Shown here in pieces: positions 15,844 through 28,615 of a stretch of 64,000 bases of DNA. The translations under genes and the position numbers were made by a program. The DNA lies in assembly GCF_009914755.1 (NCBI RefSeq), contig NC_060928.1. One strand, given 5' to 3'. A model generated the notes under the pieces. It did no database searches. It saw only the letters and a list, made by a program, of their open reading frames with translations, and was not told where the DNA came from. Position 1 is the stretch's first letter, and each line of letters starts with the position of its first letter. Origin of the DNA: the human T2T-CHM13v2.0 reference genome, Homo sapiens.

Positions 15844-16196
<353 letters not shown>

Positions 16197-16314
16197 AAAC
16201 TCGTATTCTTTTCAATACATTAATATTCTTTGCCTTAAAAGTATTTACTCTTTAACAGTATGATTCAGAATCTCTACCTCAAAATAGAAAATTTGGTTCA
16301 AATGAAAGTATGCC

Positions 16315-16316
<2 letters not shown>

Positions 16317-16354
<38 letters not shown>
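16317..16354. repeat. (CA)n microsatellite
   Basis: About 19 pure units. Confidence 0.95.
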
Positions 16355-16358
<4 letters not shown>

Positions 16359-17039
16359 TAGAGGGAGGTGGTACTGAGGATAAGGCTATGTCTGAATTTG
16401 TTGTTAATGCTCTTGCTATTCCAGTCTAATTGTGGAAGTGGCCAAGGAAGAGTCCAGTTACAAACATAACCAAGATTTTTTATCCCTAACACTCTTGCTT
16501 TCCTTAATTTGTTTTATTGAGGAACAGAATACCTCTTTCATACCTTGAAATAGGGATGACATTTGAATTTCAAATTCAAATAGGTATTTCATATGAATTG
16601 AAATATATATGAAATACCTATTAAAATACCTATTGAACACCTCTTTTATACTATTTCAGAGTAATATAGAAAATTGTCGGTAGCTATGCAACACCATTGT
16701 TCTAGAATTGGGGTAGAGTTTGAAGGAGGATGAAATTCTCCTTGTGCACTAGTGTGTTAATGTTGTACTACCAGAAAAAAAAAATGAGAATGAAGAATAT
16801 GAGACTGTCAAAACTTTTTGGCACATAATTGAAATTATTTCCCACAAAATTATATTTGTCCAAAAAATAAAGTCAAAAAGCAAAAACTGTGACTAGAATA
16901 TTTTTTCTATGGACATATAAGTAACATAGTAGATAAATAGTTCTCAATTCTCAATTCCATTCAAATTTCTCATATTTATTCATTAATAGGTCTGAGGGAA
17001 ATATTCAAATTATAGAAGTTCAAGAAAAACACAGAGATA

Positions 17040-18987
17040 AAAAGCCATAAAGCTTATTTAATAAAATAATGGAATAAAACTGCTCAAATCTAAGGAAAAA
17101 TACAAATATTCAGGCAGAGGAAGGCCAAACAAGACTACACTAAGACATGTTATAGTCAAAGAGTCAACAATCAAAGACACAGGATCTTGAAAGCAGCAAG
17201 AGAAAAGCATACAAAATAATCTTGAAGGACTTGAAGAAGGCACCAATAAATGGAAAGCTTATCCCCACTGATGAAGTAGAAAAATTAATATTGTTGAATG
17301 TCTATGATATCCAAAATGATCTGCAGATTCAATACAATTCCTAACAAAATTCCAAGGACATTTTTCACAAAAATAGAAAAAAATTTTTAAAAGATATTAA
17401 AATGTATATGAAACTACAAAAGATCCCAAATAACCAAAGCAATCTTGAGGAAAACAAAACAAAGCAAGATATATTACAAAGCTATAGTAATCACAACAGC
17501 ATGATACTAGCATAAAAACAGACACACAGACCAATGGAATAAAATAGTGAACACAGAAATAAATTCTTGCATTTACAGGCAATAGATTTTCAGCGAAGTT
17601 TCTAAGAACGGACAATGGGGAAAGGGCAGTCTCTTCAATAAATAGTGTTAGGAAAACTAGATATCTATAGGCAGAAGCATGAAATTAGAGCCTCATCTCA
17701 CACTATATAAAAAAACAACTTAAAATAGATGAAAGACTTAATTGTAGGATCTAAGCCCATAAAATGACTAAAAGAAAACATAGAGGGAACTTCTATGATG
17801 TTGGTCTGGGCAAGATTTTTAGATATGACCCAAAAACACAAGCAACAAAAGTAAAAAAACCAAATGGAATTACATCAAGCAAAAAACTTTTATACAGCAA
17901 TGGAAGCAACAGAGTGAAGAGACAACATATGAAATGGGAGAAAAATTGGCAAACTATACATCTGGTAAGAGGTAATACTAAAGTATATATCAAACTCAAG
18001 TATCTCATAGTAAGAAAACAAATAACTCATCTTAAAAATGAGCAAAAGGCCTGAATAAACATTTCTCAAAAGAAAACATAAATGACCAATAGGTTTATAA
18101 AAATAACATCGCTAACTATCAGGGAAATGCGTGTCAAAACCATAATGAGATATCACATCATACCTATTAGAATGGCTGTTATCAAAAGGACAAAAGATAA
18201 TAAGTGTTGGCAGGGATGTGGAGAAGGGGGAACCCTCATGTACATGGGTGGAAATGTAAACAGTATAGCCACTATGGAAAACAATATGGAGATTCTTCAA
18301 AAAATTAAAAATGGAACTACCATATGATCTAGCAATCCTACTATTGGGTATATATCAAAGGAAATGAATTCAACTTACCAAATCAATATCTGCACTTCCT
18401 TGTTCATTTAAGCATTATTTACAATAGCCAAGATATAGAATCAGCCTAAGCATCTTATCAGTGGATAAACGGATAAAGAAAATGGGGTACATATACACAA
18501 TGAAATATCATTCAGACATTACAAAGAAGAAAATTCTGTAATTTGTGACAACATGGATGAACTAGAGGACATTATGTTAAGTGAAATAAGCAAGGCACAG
18601 CAAGATAAATACATAATCTCACTTTTTATGGAGTCTAAAAAATTTAAACTCAAAGAAGCAGAGAGTAAAATGGTAGTTCCCAGAGGTTGAGAGTGAAGAG
18701 GTTGGAGAGATTCGGTTAAAGTACACAAAATTTCATTTTGATTGGAAGAAGAAGTTGAAGAAACCTATAGTAGATTCTAATAGTAACAATATATCATATT
18801 CTTGAAAATTACTAAAAGAGTAGATTTTAAGTGTTTTCACCAAAAAATGATAAGTATCTGGGATAATTAATTCCTATGTCATTTTTCTGTATCTAAACAT
18901 TTCATTATTTACACATATTTCAAAACATTATGTTGTACATGAAAACTATATACTGTTTTTGTCAATTAAAAATTAAAAATAAAAATA
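17040..18987 (+). mobile_element. L1MA element: ORF1 remnant joined to ORF2 3' part and 3'UTR
   Basis: ORF1-like RHVIVK...ILKAAREK, then ORF2-like ...NKWK...INIV; L1MA-type 3' end (gagtagattttaagtgttttcacc...tgtcaattaaaaatt). Confidence 0.85.
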
Positions 18988-20538
18988 ATTCTGAGGGAGA
19001 ACCAGAAATAACAACAAAAGAGGCAGTAAAGAGTATTTTCTTCAAAAGCACAGTTCAATTAATATGTGTACATAAATAAATATTATATATTACTCAATAT
19101 ATAGGATATAATTCTATCCATATGAACACATACTAATAAATACATACACACACACATAGCCTTTCTGATTCTCTCTCCATGTGTGACATTGCTCAAGCCT
19201 TTGTTAAATTATTGTATTCTATTTGGAGTTATGTCACTTAAGATAGCCATCAGTGACTTTTGAATATTATTTTGAGTAGCAGTGAGTGACAATTTGTTTT
19301 TCTATTGAGAAAAAGTGCAATAGTTGAATTTGAGCTGGTTAAGTTCATTTAGACATATAAAGAACTTTTTAACTCATATTGATCTTTAGCCTGAAACTAG
19401 GAAATGCTATATTTTTAGCGTGTGAAGATAGGAACCAACCACTCAAAGAACCTTTTGAAGTAACTGTCCTCTTGTTAAGCCTATGATTTCAAAAATAAAA
19501 AGAAAACTGTCATTTATACTAATTAAAGGAAATAATACATACTAAAAAAGTAAAAGAAAAAATGAGAAAAATCTGGATAGAACTCAATTGCGGTCACTTT
19601 ATCTCTTCTTAACAGTCACAAAATGAAATATTTGGGTCACAGTCAAGCAGTGCTTCATAGGAACTTATTAAAAACAGAGTTCATTGGTTCACATATACTT
19701 TGAAGGTTTTTAAAAAGTGAACTTATTCTACTGCTTTCAATCATTTTGCTTTACAGTGGCCATCAGGTCTTAGGATGAAAAAAATACCCTGTTATTTTGA
19801 AGAAGTATCCAAATTTTATCTTTGGAAGATAAACACTTTAACAGAAGATCCAAAAACGTCGATAACATCTTAACACTCTTTGATTCCTTTATTATTCTTA
19901 GTTGTGTCCTCTAATTTTTTATGTGTTTGCTAAAATTATTTGCACACAAAATAAATTTAGTTATACATAGGATGAGACAGTCACAAGTAAAAGATCAGGT
20001 GAGAGTACTGCATCAAGATTGTTTAAAAGATGATTATCTTTAGAATTGTGCACCTAATCTAGTGTAACATATTGGCTTTATTTTTATTTAGTAGCAATCA
20101 CAGGCTGAATCTGTTATTCAGTCAATTGATCAAAACCTAGAAGTGCTACCAGTAACACTGCTGTGTTTTCCCAAATAATGCAATGAATAAATAATAGGTA
20201 TAATAATGAAAGCTACCTGAGGCTAATCCAATACCACATTCCCTATAAAATGATTTGTTTTTGCTAATATCTATATTTTCAGATATCTGAACATTTCATA
20301 TGAGCAAATATTATGCTTGTTTGAGATTATAGAAAGGTCTTGTGCTGTTTCTCCATTTTCTATTTACACCACAATTTTCAAACCCGAGTTTGGCAGGATT
20401 TGGCAGGGTAATAATCCAGAAATAGAGTTATATGACTATCTTGGTTTCACTGTTACAAACTGCAGCATGTACTATAATAAGGGAGGTTGTTCTAAATGGT
20501 TCTAGCTGGGATGGGAAAGACTTAAGAAGAGGCAAGGA

Positions 20539-20842
20539 GGCCGGGTGCAGCGGCTCACGCCTGTAATCCCAGCACTTTGGAAGGTCAAGGCGGGTGGATC
20601 ACGAGGTCAGGAGTTTAAGACCAGCCTGGCCAAGATGGTGAAACCCCATCTCTACTTAAAATACAAAAATTAGCCAGACGTGGTGGCAGGCACCTGTAAT
20701 CCCAGCTACTCGGGAGGCTGAGGCAGAGAATTGCTTAAACCCAGGAGGTAGAGGTTTCAGTGAGCCAAGATCATGCCACTGCACTCCAGCCTGGGCGACA
20801 GAGCAAGAGTCTGTTCAGAAAAAAAAAAAAAAAAAAAAAAAA
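20539..20842 (+). mobile_element. AluSg-like
   Basis: ggatcacgaggtcaggagttt...ggccaagatggtg with a long A-tail; about 255 nt from the exon 2 donor. Confidence 0.93.
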
Positions 20843-21097
20843 GGCAAAGAGATTAAGTTCACTAACTCTTTGGGATATTTTAATATTTCAGCTCTGTCCC
20901 ATTCTGAAGCTTCTGGTGTGTGTATGTGTGTGTAAAGAATGGTTAAGTCTTGGTTCAATATTTTTCTAAATGGCTATCTTATTTCAACTCTACTGCACCT
21001 TAAAACTTTAGGGATTAATAATCTATCATATTAGTAATATTTTATCGGTACCATATTGTGAAATACAAATTTCGATGTTGTCTATAAATAAGCTTAC

Positions 21098-22075
21098 CTT
21101 CACATCTTTGACATTCATCCTTGTTCCCTCTTTCCCAACAAATATATCATCAATGTCCACAAGGATGTACCTGTCCAAGGACAATGTCAGCCTCTTCCCT
21201 GACAAGAAGGAGATGGCATCTATGAAGATGAGCTTGTGCAGCCAAAAGTTCAAGTTGTTGCCAAAAAGTACTCTCTGAATTCCATCATGAAGCCCCAGAT
21301 CCTGAATCACCGTTGCAAAGAGTGTTTTGCTAGACAAGGATGACAGGGATTTTTCTGTCTGTAACTCAGTTAAAAGTACAGGCTGGTAGGTTGAATGATT
21401 ATATTGGAAAATAGTCCAGTCTTCCCCAGGAAGAGGGCCTTTCTCAACCTTGGGGGCTTTGGTAATATGCAGCAAAGGAGATTGAGGGTTAACAAAACAG
21501 TCCTTTAGAGCTAGATTATTGAAAAGGTTTAACGGAAAGCCTTTTAATTGTGTACTTGGTAAGCTGTTCTCATTGGCTTTATGAAAACCGATTATACTAA
21601 CACTGTATTCCACACAGTATTTTTCTAAAAGCTCTCGATTCCATGAGTCCATGCTGACATACTTCAGAATATTTTCATAAATAACTAAAGTATATTTCCC
21701 TTTGCCATTATCTGTAAGAGGAGGTATATCTCCCTTTCCAGGGGCAATAACCATGTGGTACTGAAATCGGCTGGACTCCAAAATAGCTATGATATCTTGA
21801 CCGAGTTGAGAGTATTGGCTCTCCACGAAGAGAAGGACAGTAGGGTCCGTTTTGGATGTGTCAATAGGTTTAACTGTTTTCAGCTCCATTGACCTATATG
21901 GTAGAATTTTGATGTCAGTGCATTCTGCTTCTGCAGTGGTTTCAATAAGTGTCATTTCCTGTTTGTAGCCAGAGTAGAGAAAATAGGCAGAAATGACAAT
22001 GCTCACCAAGCAAAAGGTAGCTAAGAGAACAATCAATGTTCGAAAACTTCTCCGAAGTTTCACAATAAGATTCAT
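21098..22075 (-). CDS. NDST4: NDST4 first coding exon, codons 1-326: cytoplasmic tail, type II TM anchor, N-terminal domain and start of the N-deacetylase domain
   Basis: ORF 21026..22075 reads [34 protein letters not shown]... with NDST motifs [45 protein letters not shown] and [18 protein letters not shown]. Homology ends at the donor AAG|GTAAGC (GT at 21097-21096); 978 nt, phase 0. Confidence 0.97.
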
Positions 22076-22321
22076 TTTTTAGAATAATGTTTTGGAAGCT
22101 TTTTCCCAATTTCGTTTCCTAAAGTGCCATAGTGAATAAAGTATGAGATGTTGCAAATATCACTTCCCCAGAGTTCATGTAACCATCGCAAATCATGTAA
22201 AATGTTTGAAGGGAGCACAACTGAGTTAAAGCTGGAAGGCAATAGATGGGAAGGATATACGTTGAGGAGATTTTGAATATGTCCAATACTGAGAATTGCT
22301 GCAGAATCCTCTAAGCATAAT
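21098..22321 (-). other. NDST4: NDST4 exon 2 (1224 nt: 246 nt 5'UTR plus 978 nt CDS)
   Basis: Acceptor: pyrimidine tract CATCTCTCCTCTCTTTCAG|A (AG at 22323-22322). Donor: AAG|GTAAGC. Confidence 0.9.
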
Positions 22322-23135
22322 CTGAAAGAGAGGAGAGATGTAATAACTAAGATAAAAATAGAAATATAAATATTTATTTCTATATAAATGCTGATGCTCA
22401 AGAAACATATATAGCAATGATAATTTTAGTGTTAATATGCTAAAATATTAACAACCTGATGTTTACAGTCTAGACTTAACTACCTAGAGTATAGTAGATT
22501 TTTTGATAACCTCCAGAACACAGAACCCAATTTTATTTTGGCCTAAACATCCATATGTATATAGAAACATGTATTGAGATCATTTTCTAACTAATCCCAC
22601 CAAAAAAGAAAAGAAGTAAGAAAGTAAGCTTTAACAAAGTATGTCAGTTACCATAAAACTATTCTACAGAACTGATAACCATTATATACATATAAAATTA
22701 GGAAATCAGGAATCAGGGGCTTAGAGCAATTAAACATGCTCTTAGGTATCTGCCTGAGTCTCTGGAATTCCCAGCTGACTAAATAAATCTGTCTTAAGTT
22801 TAGAGTAGTTACAAGTTTTTCTCTTGAATAATATATCCTTTATCTGGACTCACAGGGAGCCACTTGGCCCTCTTCAGCATTACAGCCCAGATACATAGGA
22901 CTGCTCCTTCTTCTTGCAGGAACAGGCATTCTCAGATCTCGCTAATGAAACAGAGGACAGAACGCTTAGGTGAAAAGAACAATGACATGTTAGTCTCAAA
23001 GCATATTTCCTAATTTTGCCTACTCTTGTAATAAGAATTAAAACTCTTACTCATTGTCAATTTTTATCCAAGAATCAGATGTTCTATTTCTCTATCACTT
23101 CCTTTAGTTCAAAAAAAATGAATGTAGAATGCATT

Positions 23136-24071
23136 TGTATTATTTTGTTCTTGTATTGCTCTAAAAAAACACCTGAGACTGGAAAATTTATAAAGAAAAA
23201 AAGGATTAATTGGCTCACGGTTCTGCAGGCTGTACAGGAAGCATAGCAGCTTCTGCTTCTGGGGAGATATAAGGAAGCTTCCAATCATGGTAGAAGGCAA
23301 GGGGGTGCCAGGTATCTCACATGGTGGAAGCAGGAGCAAAAGAGAGAGTGTGTGTTTAGAAGACAGGAAGATGAGGATATGTTTGGAACTTCCTAGAGAC
23401 TGGTTTTAAATGGTAGTGACCAAAATGCTGATAGTGATATGGACAGTGAAATACAAGCTAAGGAGGTCTCAGATGGAAATGAGGAACTTATTGGGGACTG
23501 GAGAAAAGGTCATTTTTTGTTATGCCTTAGCGAACAACTATGCTACATTGTGCCCCTGCCCTGTGGATCTGTGGAACTTGAACTTAAATGTGATGATTTA
23601 GGGTATCTGGTGGAAGAAATTTCTAAGCAGCAAAGCATTCAAGAAGTGGTGGGTGGATCACGAGGTCAGGAGTTCAAGATCAGCCTGGTAGGGATAGTGA
23701 AACCCTGTCTCTACTAAAAATACAAAAAAAATTAGCAGGCATGGTGGTGGGTGCCTGTAATCCCAACTACTCAGGAGGCTGAGACAGAGAATTGCTTGAA
23801 CCCGGGAGGCGGAAGATGCAGTGAGCTGAGATTGTGCCACTGCACTCCAGCCTGGGCAATAGAGCAAAACTCTCTTCCGCCCCCACCAACCCCCGCCCAA
23901 AAAAAGTGACCTGGATGCTTCTAACAACCTATACTGGGATACATAAGCAAAGAAATGACCTAAAGTCAGAACTGATATTTAAAGGAGAAGCAGAACTGTG
24001 AGGCAATTAAAGCTCTTCTTCATAAATTACCCAGTTGCAGCTATATAGTCATTTGAGAATGAACTAACACA
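23136..24071. mobile_element. Rearranged MST (ERVL-MaLR): inverted LTR 3' part, internal segment, LTR 3' end
   Basis: 23136-~23350 is a reverse-oriented MST LTR end; ~23357-23995 is MST/THE1-type internal sequence (+); 23990-24071 is an LTR end (+); GCATT flanks both sides. Confidence 0.85.
23649..23907 (+). mobile_element. 5'-truncated AluS inside MST internal sequence
   Basis: Starts gtgggtggatcacgaggtcagg; tail largely replaced by C-rich sequence; aagtg on both sides. Confidence 0.9.
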
Positions 24072-24111
24072 GCATTAAAAAAAAAATTTCCCATTATACA
24101 CTACATTACTA

Positions 24112-24421
24112 CAGGCACGGTGGCTCAGGCCTGTAATCCCAGCACTTTGGGAGGACAAGGTGGGCAGATCACAAGGTCATGAGATCGATACCATCCTGGC
24201 CAACATGGTGAAACCCCGTCTCTACTAAAAAAGTACAAAAATTAGCTGGGTGTGGTGGTGCATGCCTGTAGTCCCAGCTACTCAAGAGGCTGAGGCAGGA
24301 TAAATGCTTGAACCTGGGAGGCAGAGGTTGCAGTGAGCTGAGATCACACAACTGCATGCCAGCCTGGCCAGTCTGGGCAACAAGAGCAAAACTCTGTCTC
24401 AGAAAAAAAAAAAAAAAAAAA
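24112..24421 (+). mobile_element. AluSc-like
   Basis: gagatcgataccatcctggccaacatgg; A-tail. Confidence 0.92.
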
Positions 24422-25164
24422 TCCCAAACTGCTTCATCACGAATGGACATAATTTTCCATTATTATTAGATGTTTTTCTTTGTATAGATGATTCTGACTT
24501 CAATGAATTACTTTCTATACAAGCTTACTTCATCTGTCTCTACACTGTTAGAGTACTTAAATAATTTTCGATTTCCCAGTTTGCCAAACTTTCCCTAGGA
24601 TAACTATTTTGGGTGAAAATAGTTCATGTTATCAATGTGTGATATATATATTTAAGATATGCATTACATCAGACATATTACATCAGAGAGAATTAAACTA
24701 GCATGCTTTTTAATGAGTGGTATGTTCTATCACACTGTGGATATTTTATGGATTTCTTTATTTTTTAATTGGGGGATCTGAGTGATGAATGCTTATTAAT
24801 GATGACTGAAAACTTTTTAGATTACATAGTTAAACATTGCAAAATTATGTCGCTACTTTTCATTTTATATTTCTATGTTCTACAATACTTAACCTCATTA
24901 GTAATTTAAGTTTTAAAAATCTGCATGATGTTGAAATGGTTGTTTTTGTCAGAAAATAACTTTTAAACTTTTTCAAAAAATTAAAAATTTTCATCAAATA
25001 TTTTAAATATTTTAACACTTCAGATTCCAAATATATAAGTGGACCTTAGCTTTTCACTGTGAAACATATTGTACCAGTTTGCAGTCTCCCCAGTGACTTC
25101 ACATGGACTTTAAAAACAAATGAATCCCACATGTTGGGGAATTACTAATACTCTATTTACAAAT

Positions 25165-25488
<324 letters not shown>

Positions 25489-25703
25489 TAATGTAATTGT
25501 CTGCTTTGCAAAAGTCTTTGTTTCAAAACTCAGCTCCCTTTAACCAAATTGGATTGCATTTTACTAAAAAGAAATGGAATACAGCAATAAAAAGGCTTTG
25601 GTTTGGTCTGAAATATATAAAGCAATTATATTATATCCTCTACTTTTATGTATGCTTGAAAATTTTCATATGTAAATTTTTTAAATAAAAACTCATTAAA
25701 AGA

Positions 25704-25748
25704 TACATATATACATATATATAGTGTGTAGTGTGTGTGTGTGTGTGT
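25704..25748. repeat. (TA)n/(TG)n compound microsatellite
   Basis: Seen directly. Confidence 0.8.
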
Positions 25749-27639
25749 AATAATAATGAAAGTGAAAGATATTTGGAACTTGTCGAAGGAGATTATTAAT
25801 CTTATATCAATTCTTAGATTTATCCAAGCTCACATATTTAATTTAAAAATCTATTTAAACAAATGTAAAATCAGACCCACCCCATCCACACAACTCCCCC
25901 AAATAACCCAATAAGAGCAGATACCTACTTACATGCTTTGGAGGATTGCTTAGTATTTTAGGAATAAATTTAACCAGGAGATTCGGAGAGAAATTAAATG
26001 TAGGACAAGTTAATACTTGGTTTAATCTTTACTTCTTCTCACATTAAAAATGTGATTTTTATTTTTGAATACACAAAGGAGAATATGTCAGTTTTGCATA
26101 TTTAGACTATCTCCTCCTAATGCAATAGTGAAAAATAAATTAAAAAAAAAACCATATGGGGCAAGAATCTGCCAACCCAAAGAATAAATAAAATTTAAAT
26201 GTGAAATTTATTTAACAGTAATATGTTCAGAGTTAGAAGAATGATAGATACATATTACCACCATGGAAGACATATGTGTTTTCAATGTAGGTGTTTTAAC
26301 TAAAGGAGTTATCCTTCCCATTCAATTCTCCCAGTTCTCCTTCCCTAGCAAAACTGGCCGGTGGAGATGAGGAAGCCTGGACCATACAACTTGATATACC
26401 ATAAGTGTTTACCTATGTCTCACACCTGAAGTAAGAAATGGTATTATGACATTGTTTAGGATGCCAAAAAGGTGTAGTCTGTGATTAGTTTGAATCTCTT
26501 ACCTACTGTGTGACCCTTGAAAAGGTGGGGGAAAAGGCATGCAGGAGTATGGATAGGGAGAGCAACCAACATAAGAATCTTAAGTCGTTACCATAAGTCG
26601 AATAAGACAATTGAGATTAATTTTCAAAAGGCACGTGTTAAATGAGTCACATAAAATTAAAAAAATTACTTCAGGATAATAACGAAGACATTAAAATGCT
26701 GCTATAATGGTATAAAATATGTGGCATTTATTTTTAAGTAGTCTAAGGTGATACACCAAAATTTTTATTTTACCTTAATTAGTTTCTTCTTCAGGAAGAC
26801 CCTGGGACAAGTTAGCAAGAAACAGAAACATTTGAGAGCTTTCCTTTCCCCACTTTCCCCTTATATGGTGATGTTGACCTTTCATTATAGAAATAACAGA
26901 CAAATATGTGGATTACTGAGTAAATTCCATCTGTGGAAAAACTATTTTATTAACCATCAAACCAAGTAAGTTAAACAGGCTTTGGTCCCAATTCTTCTTA
27001 ATCTGACTTTCCATGTTCTAATAAATCTTTCGTTAAAAATTTGGAAGGAGAGATCTACTCATTATTTTCATGACAACCTGTCACAAAATGTGGGCTTCAT
27101 GACCCCTGCACAGGCTTTGATAAGAAAAAAAGGGAGGCTTTTGTAGGTGTTGATTTTCCTGTTCTCATTTTTGTTTTCTTATTTTTACCTTCTATCCTTC
27201 CAAATGTGGCTTATCACCTAGGTAGTGGAATAAATATCTCCTAGAATCTTTGACTCTCTTTCAAGATTAGAAAATATTATATGATGATATTAACACTATT
27301 GTTTTATATATCTGTTATAAGATTGCCTTTTGACATTTTCAAAATGTGTTTAGAGATTCTCTAAAATACAGTTTGCAAAGTTCATTTGCCACATAATCAT
27401 GGTAAATTTCTAGTAATCTCTGGTAGCAGCAGAGAAGTGAGTTAGTAAACAAAGCAATTACAGGTACTACTGTAGTTATTGCTACTTTTGGAAAGGCTGA
27501 AATACAGAAGAAAGCTAGATACTAAATCACATTGCATATACGTGTGGTTGTTTCTTTGTTGAAGGTGATCTGATGAGCTGTACAGATCACTAAAGAGGCT
27601 CCTGAAAATTCAGCTGAAATTGAGAACAAGAGCAACGAC

Positions 27640-27815
27640 GTTTACCAGCATTTAATAAATGGCTACTGCTTGCTAGTAACTATGCTATATTCTTTGTATT
27701 CATCATCCTGTTTACTCTTTATGGATCTATTTTTAAAATGACAAAATTAAAATTTAGAAGGTTTAAGAACGGAACTAAGATTAAACTACTAATGATTTAT
27801 GATACTAGGATTCTA
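27640..27815. mobile_element. MIR fragment
   Basis: Degenerate MIR core (ttttaaaatgacaaaattaaaatttagaaggtttaag...ctaggattct). Confidence 0.45.
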
Positions 27816-28208
27816 CAGTTGCACTGTAGAGAAGAAACAGATTAAGTTAAGTGAAGCCAAAAACTTAGCAGTCAGCATAATTAAATAATTTAACTGCAAA
27901 TCAGCAAGTTTTATTTTAATTTTAAAAGTTCAGCTATTCAAAGCCAAAAATGTCTACCAAAAATGGAGAAAAATTGTAGAGGTGAATTAAATTGATTTGA
28001 AAGAGCTGTGTTGTAAATTGGAATGACTTAAGAATTTGCAATAATTTCACTGACCTTGACTTTTCGTGATGGCTGTGAGAAAACTATTTTATTATATACC
28101 TTGTTTTTACATGCTTCATGCGTTTTTTTGTTGGCTTTTAAGAATCATAAAGAATTAGCTCATATTTTATATTAATGAAACAGAATTTTTAATTAAAGCT
28201 GTTACCTA

Positions 28209-28529
28209 GGCCAGGCATTGTGGCTCACACATGTAATTCCAGCACTTTGGGAGTCTGAGGCTGAAGGATTGCTTGAGTCCAGGAGTTTGAGACCAGCCTG
28301 GACAACAAAACAAGATCTTGTCTCAACACAAAAGAAAAAAGAAAACAAATTAGGCAGGTGCGGTGGTGTGAACCTGTAGTTCCAGCTACTTGGGAGGCTG
28401 AGGCAGGGAGTTTACCTTGAGCCCAAGAGTTCAAGGTTGCAGTGAGCTATGATTGCACCACTGCACTCCAGCCTGGGTGACAGAGGGATACCCTGTCTGG
28501 AAACACACAAAAACCAGAAAACACAAAAA
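28209..28529 (+). mobile_element. AluJ
   Basis: J-type ggattgcttgagtccaggagtttgag and gagctatgattgcacc. Confidence 0.92.
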
Positions 28530-28615
28530 TTATTATATAAACATTTAACTATTTGTTCATATACATTAACTGCACCAGTGCTTCTTTGGAGTGAATTCCA
28601 AAATTTGTAACCATC

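Noticed and set aside
21026-21097. Last 23 codons of the 349-aa ORF ([11 protein letters not shown]...)
   Set aside because: They lie past a consensus donor where NDST homology stops, so this is intronic read-through. It would matter only if intron retention or intronic polyadenylation were shown.
22322-22417. Genomic starts of ORFs 22072..22401 and 22226..22417
   Set aside because: The starts lie in intron 1, upstream of the acceptor; only the exonic parts are considered (see findings).
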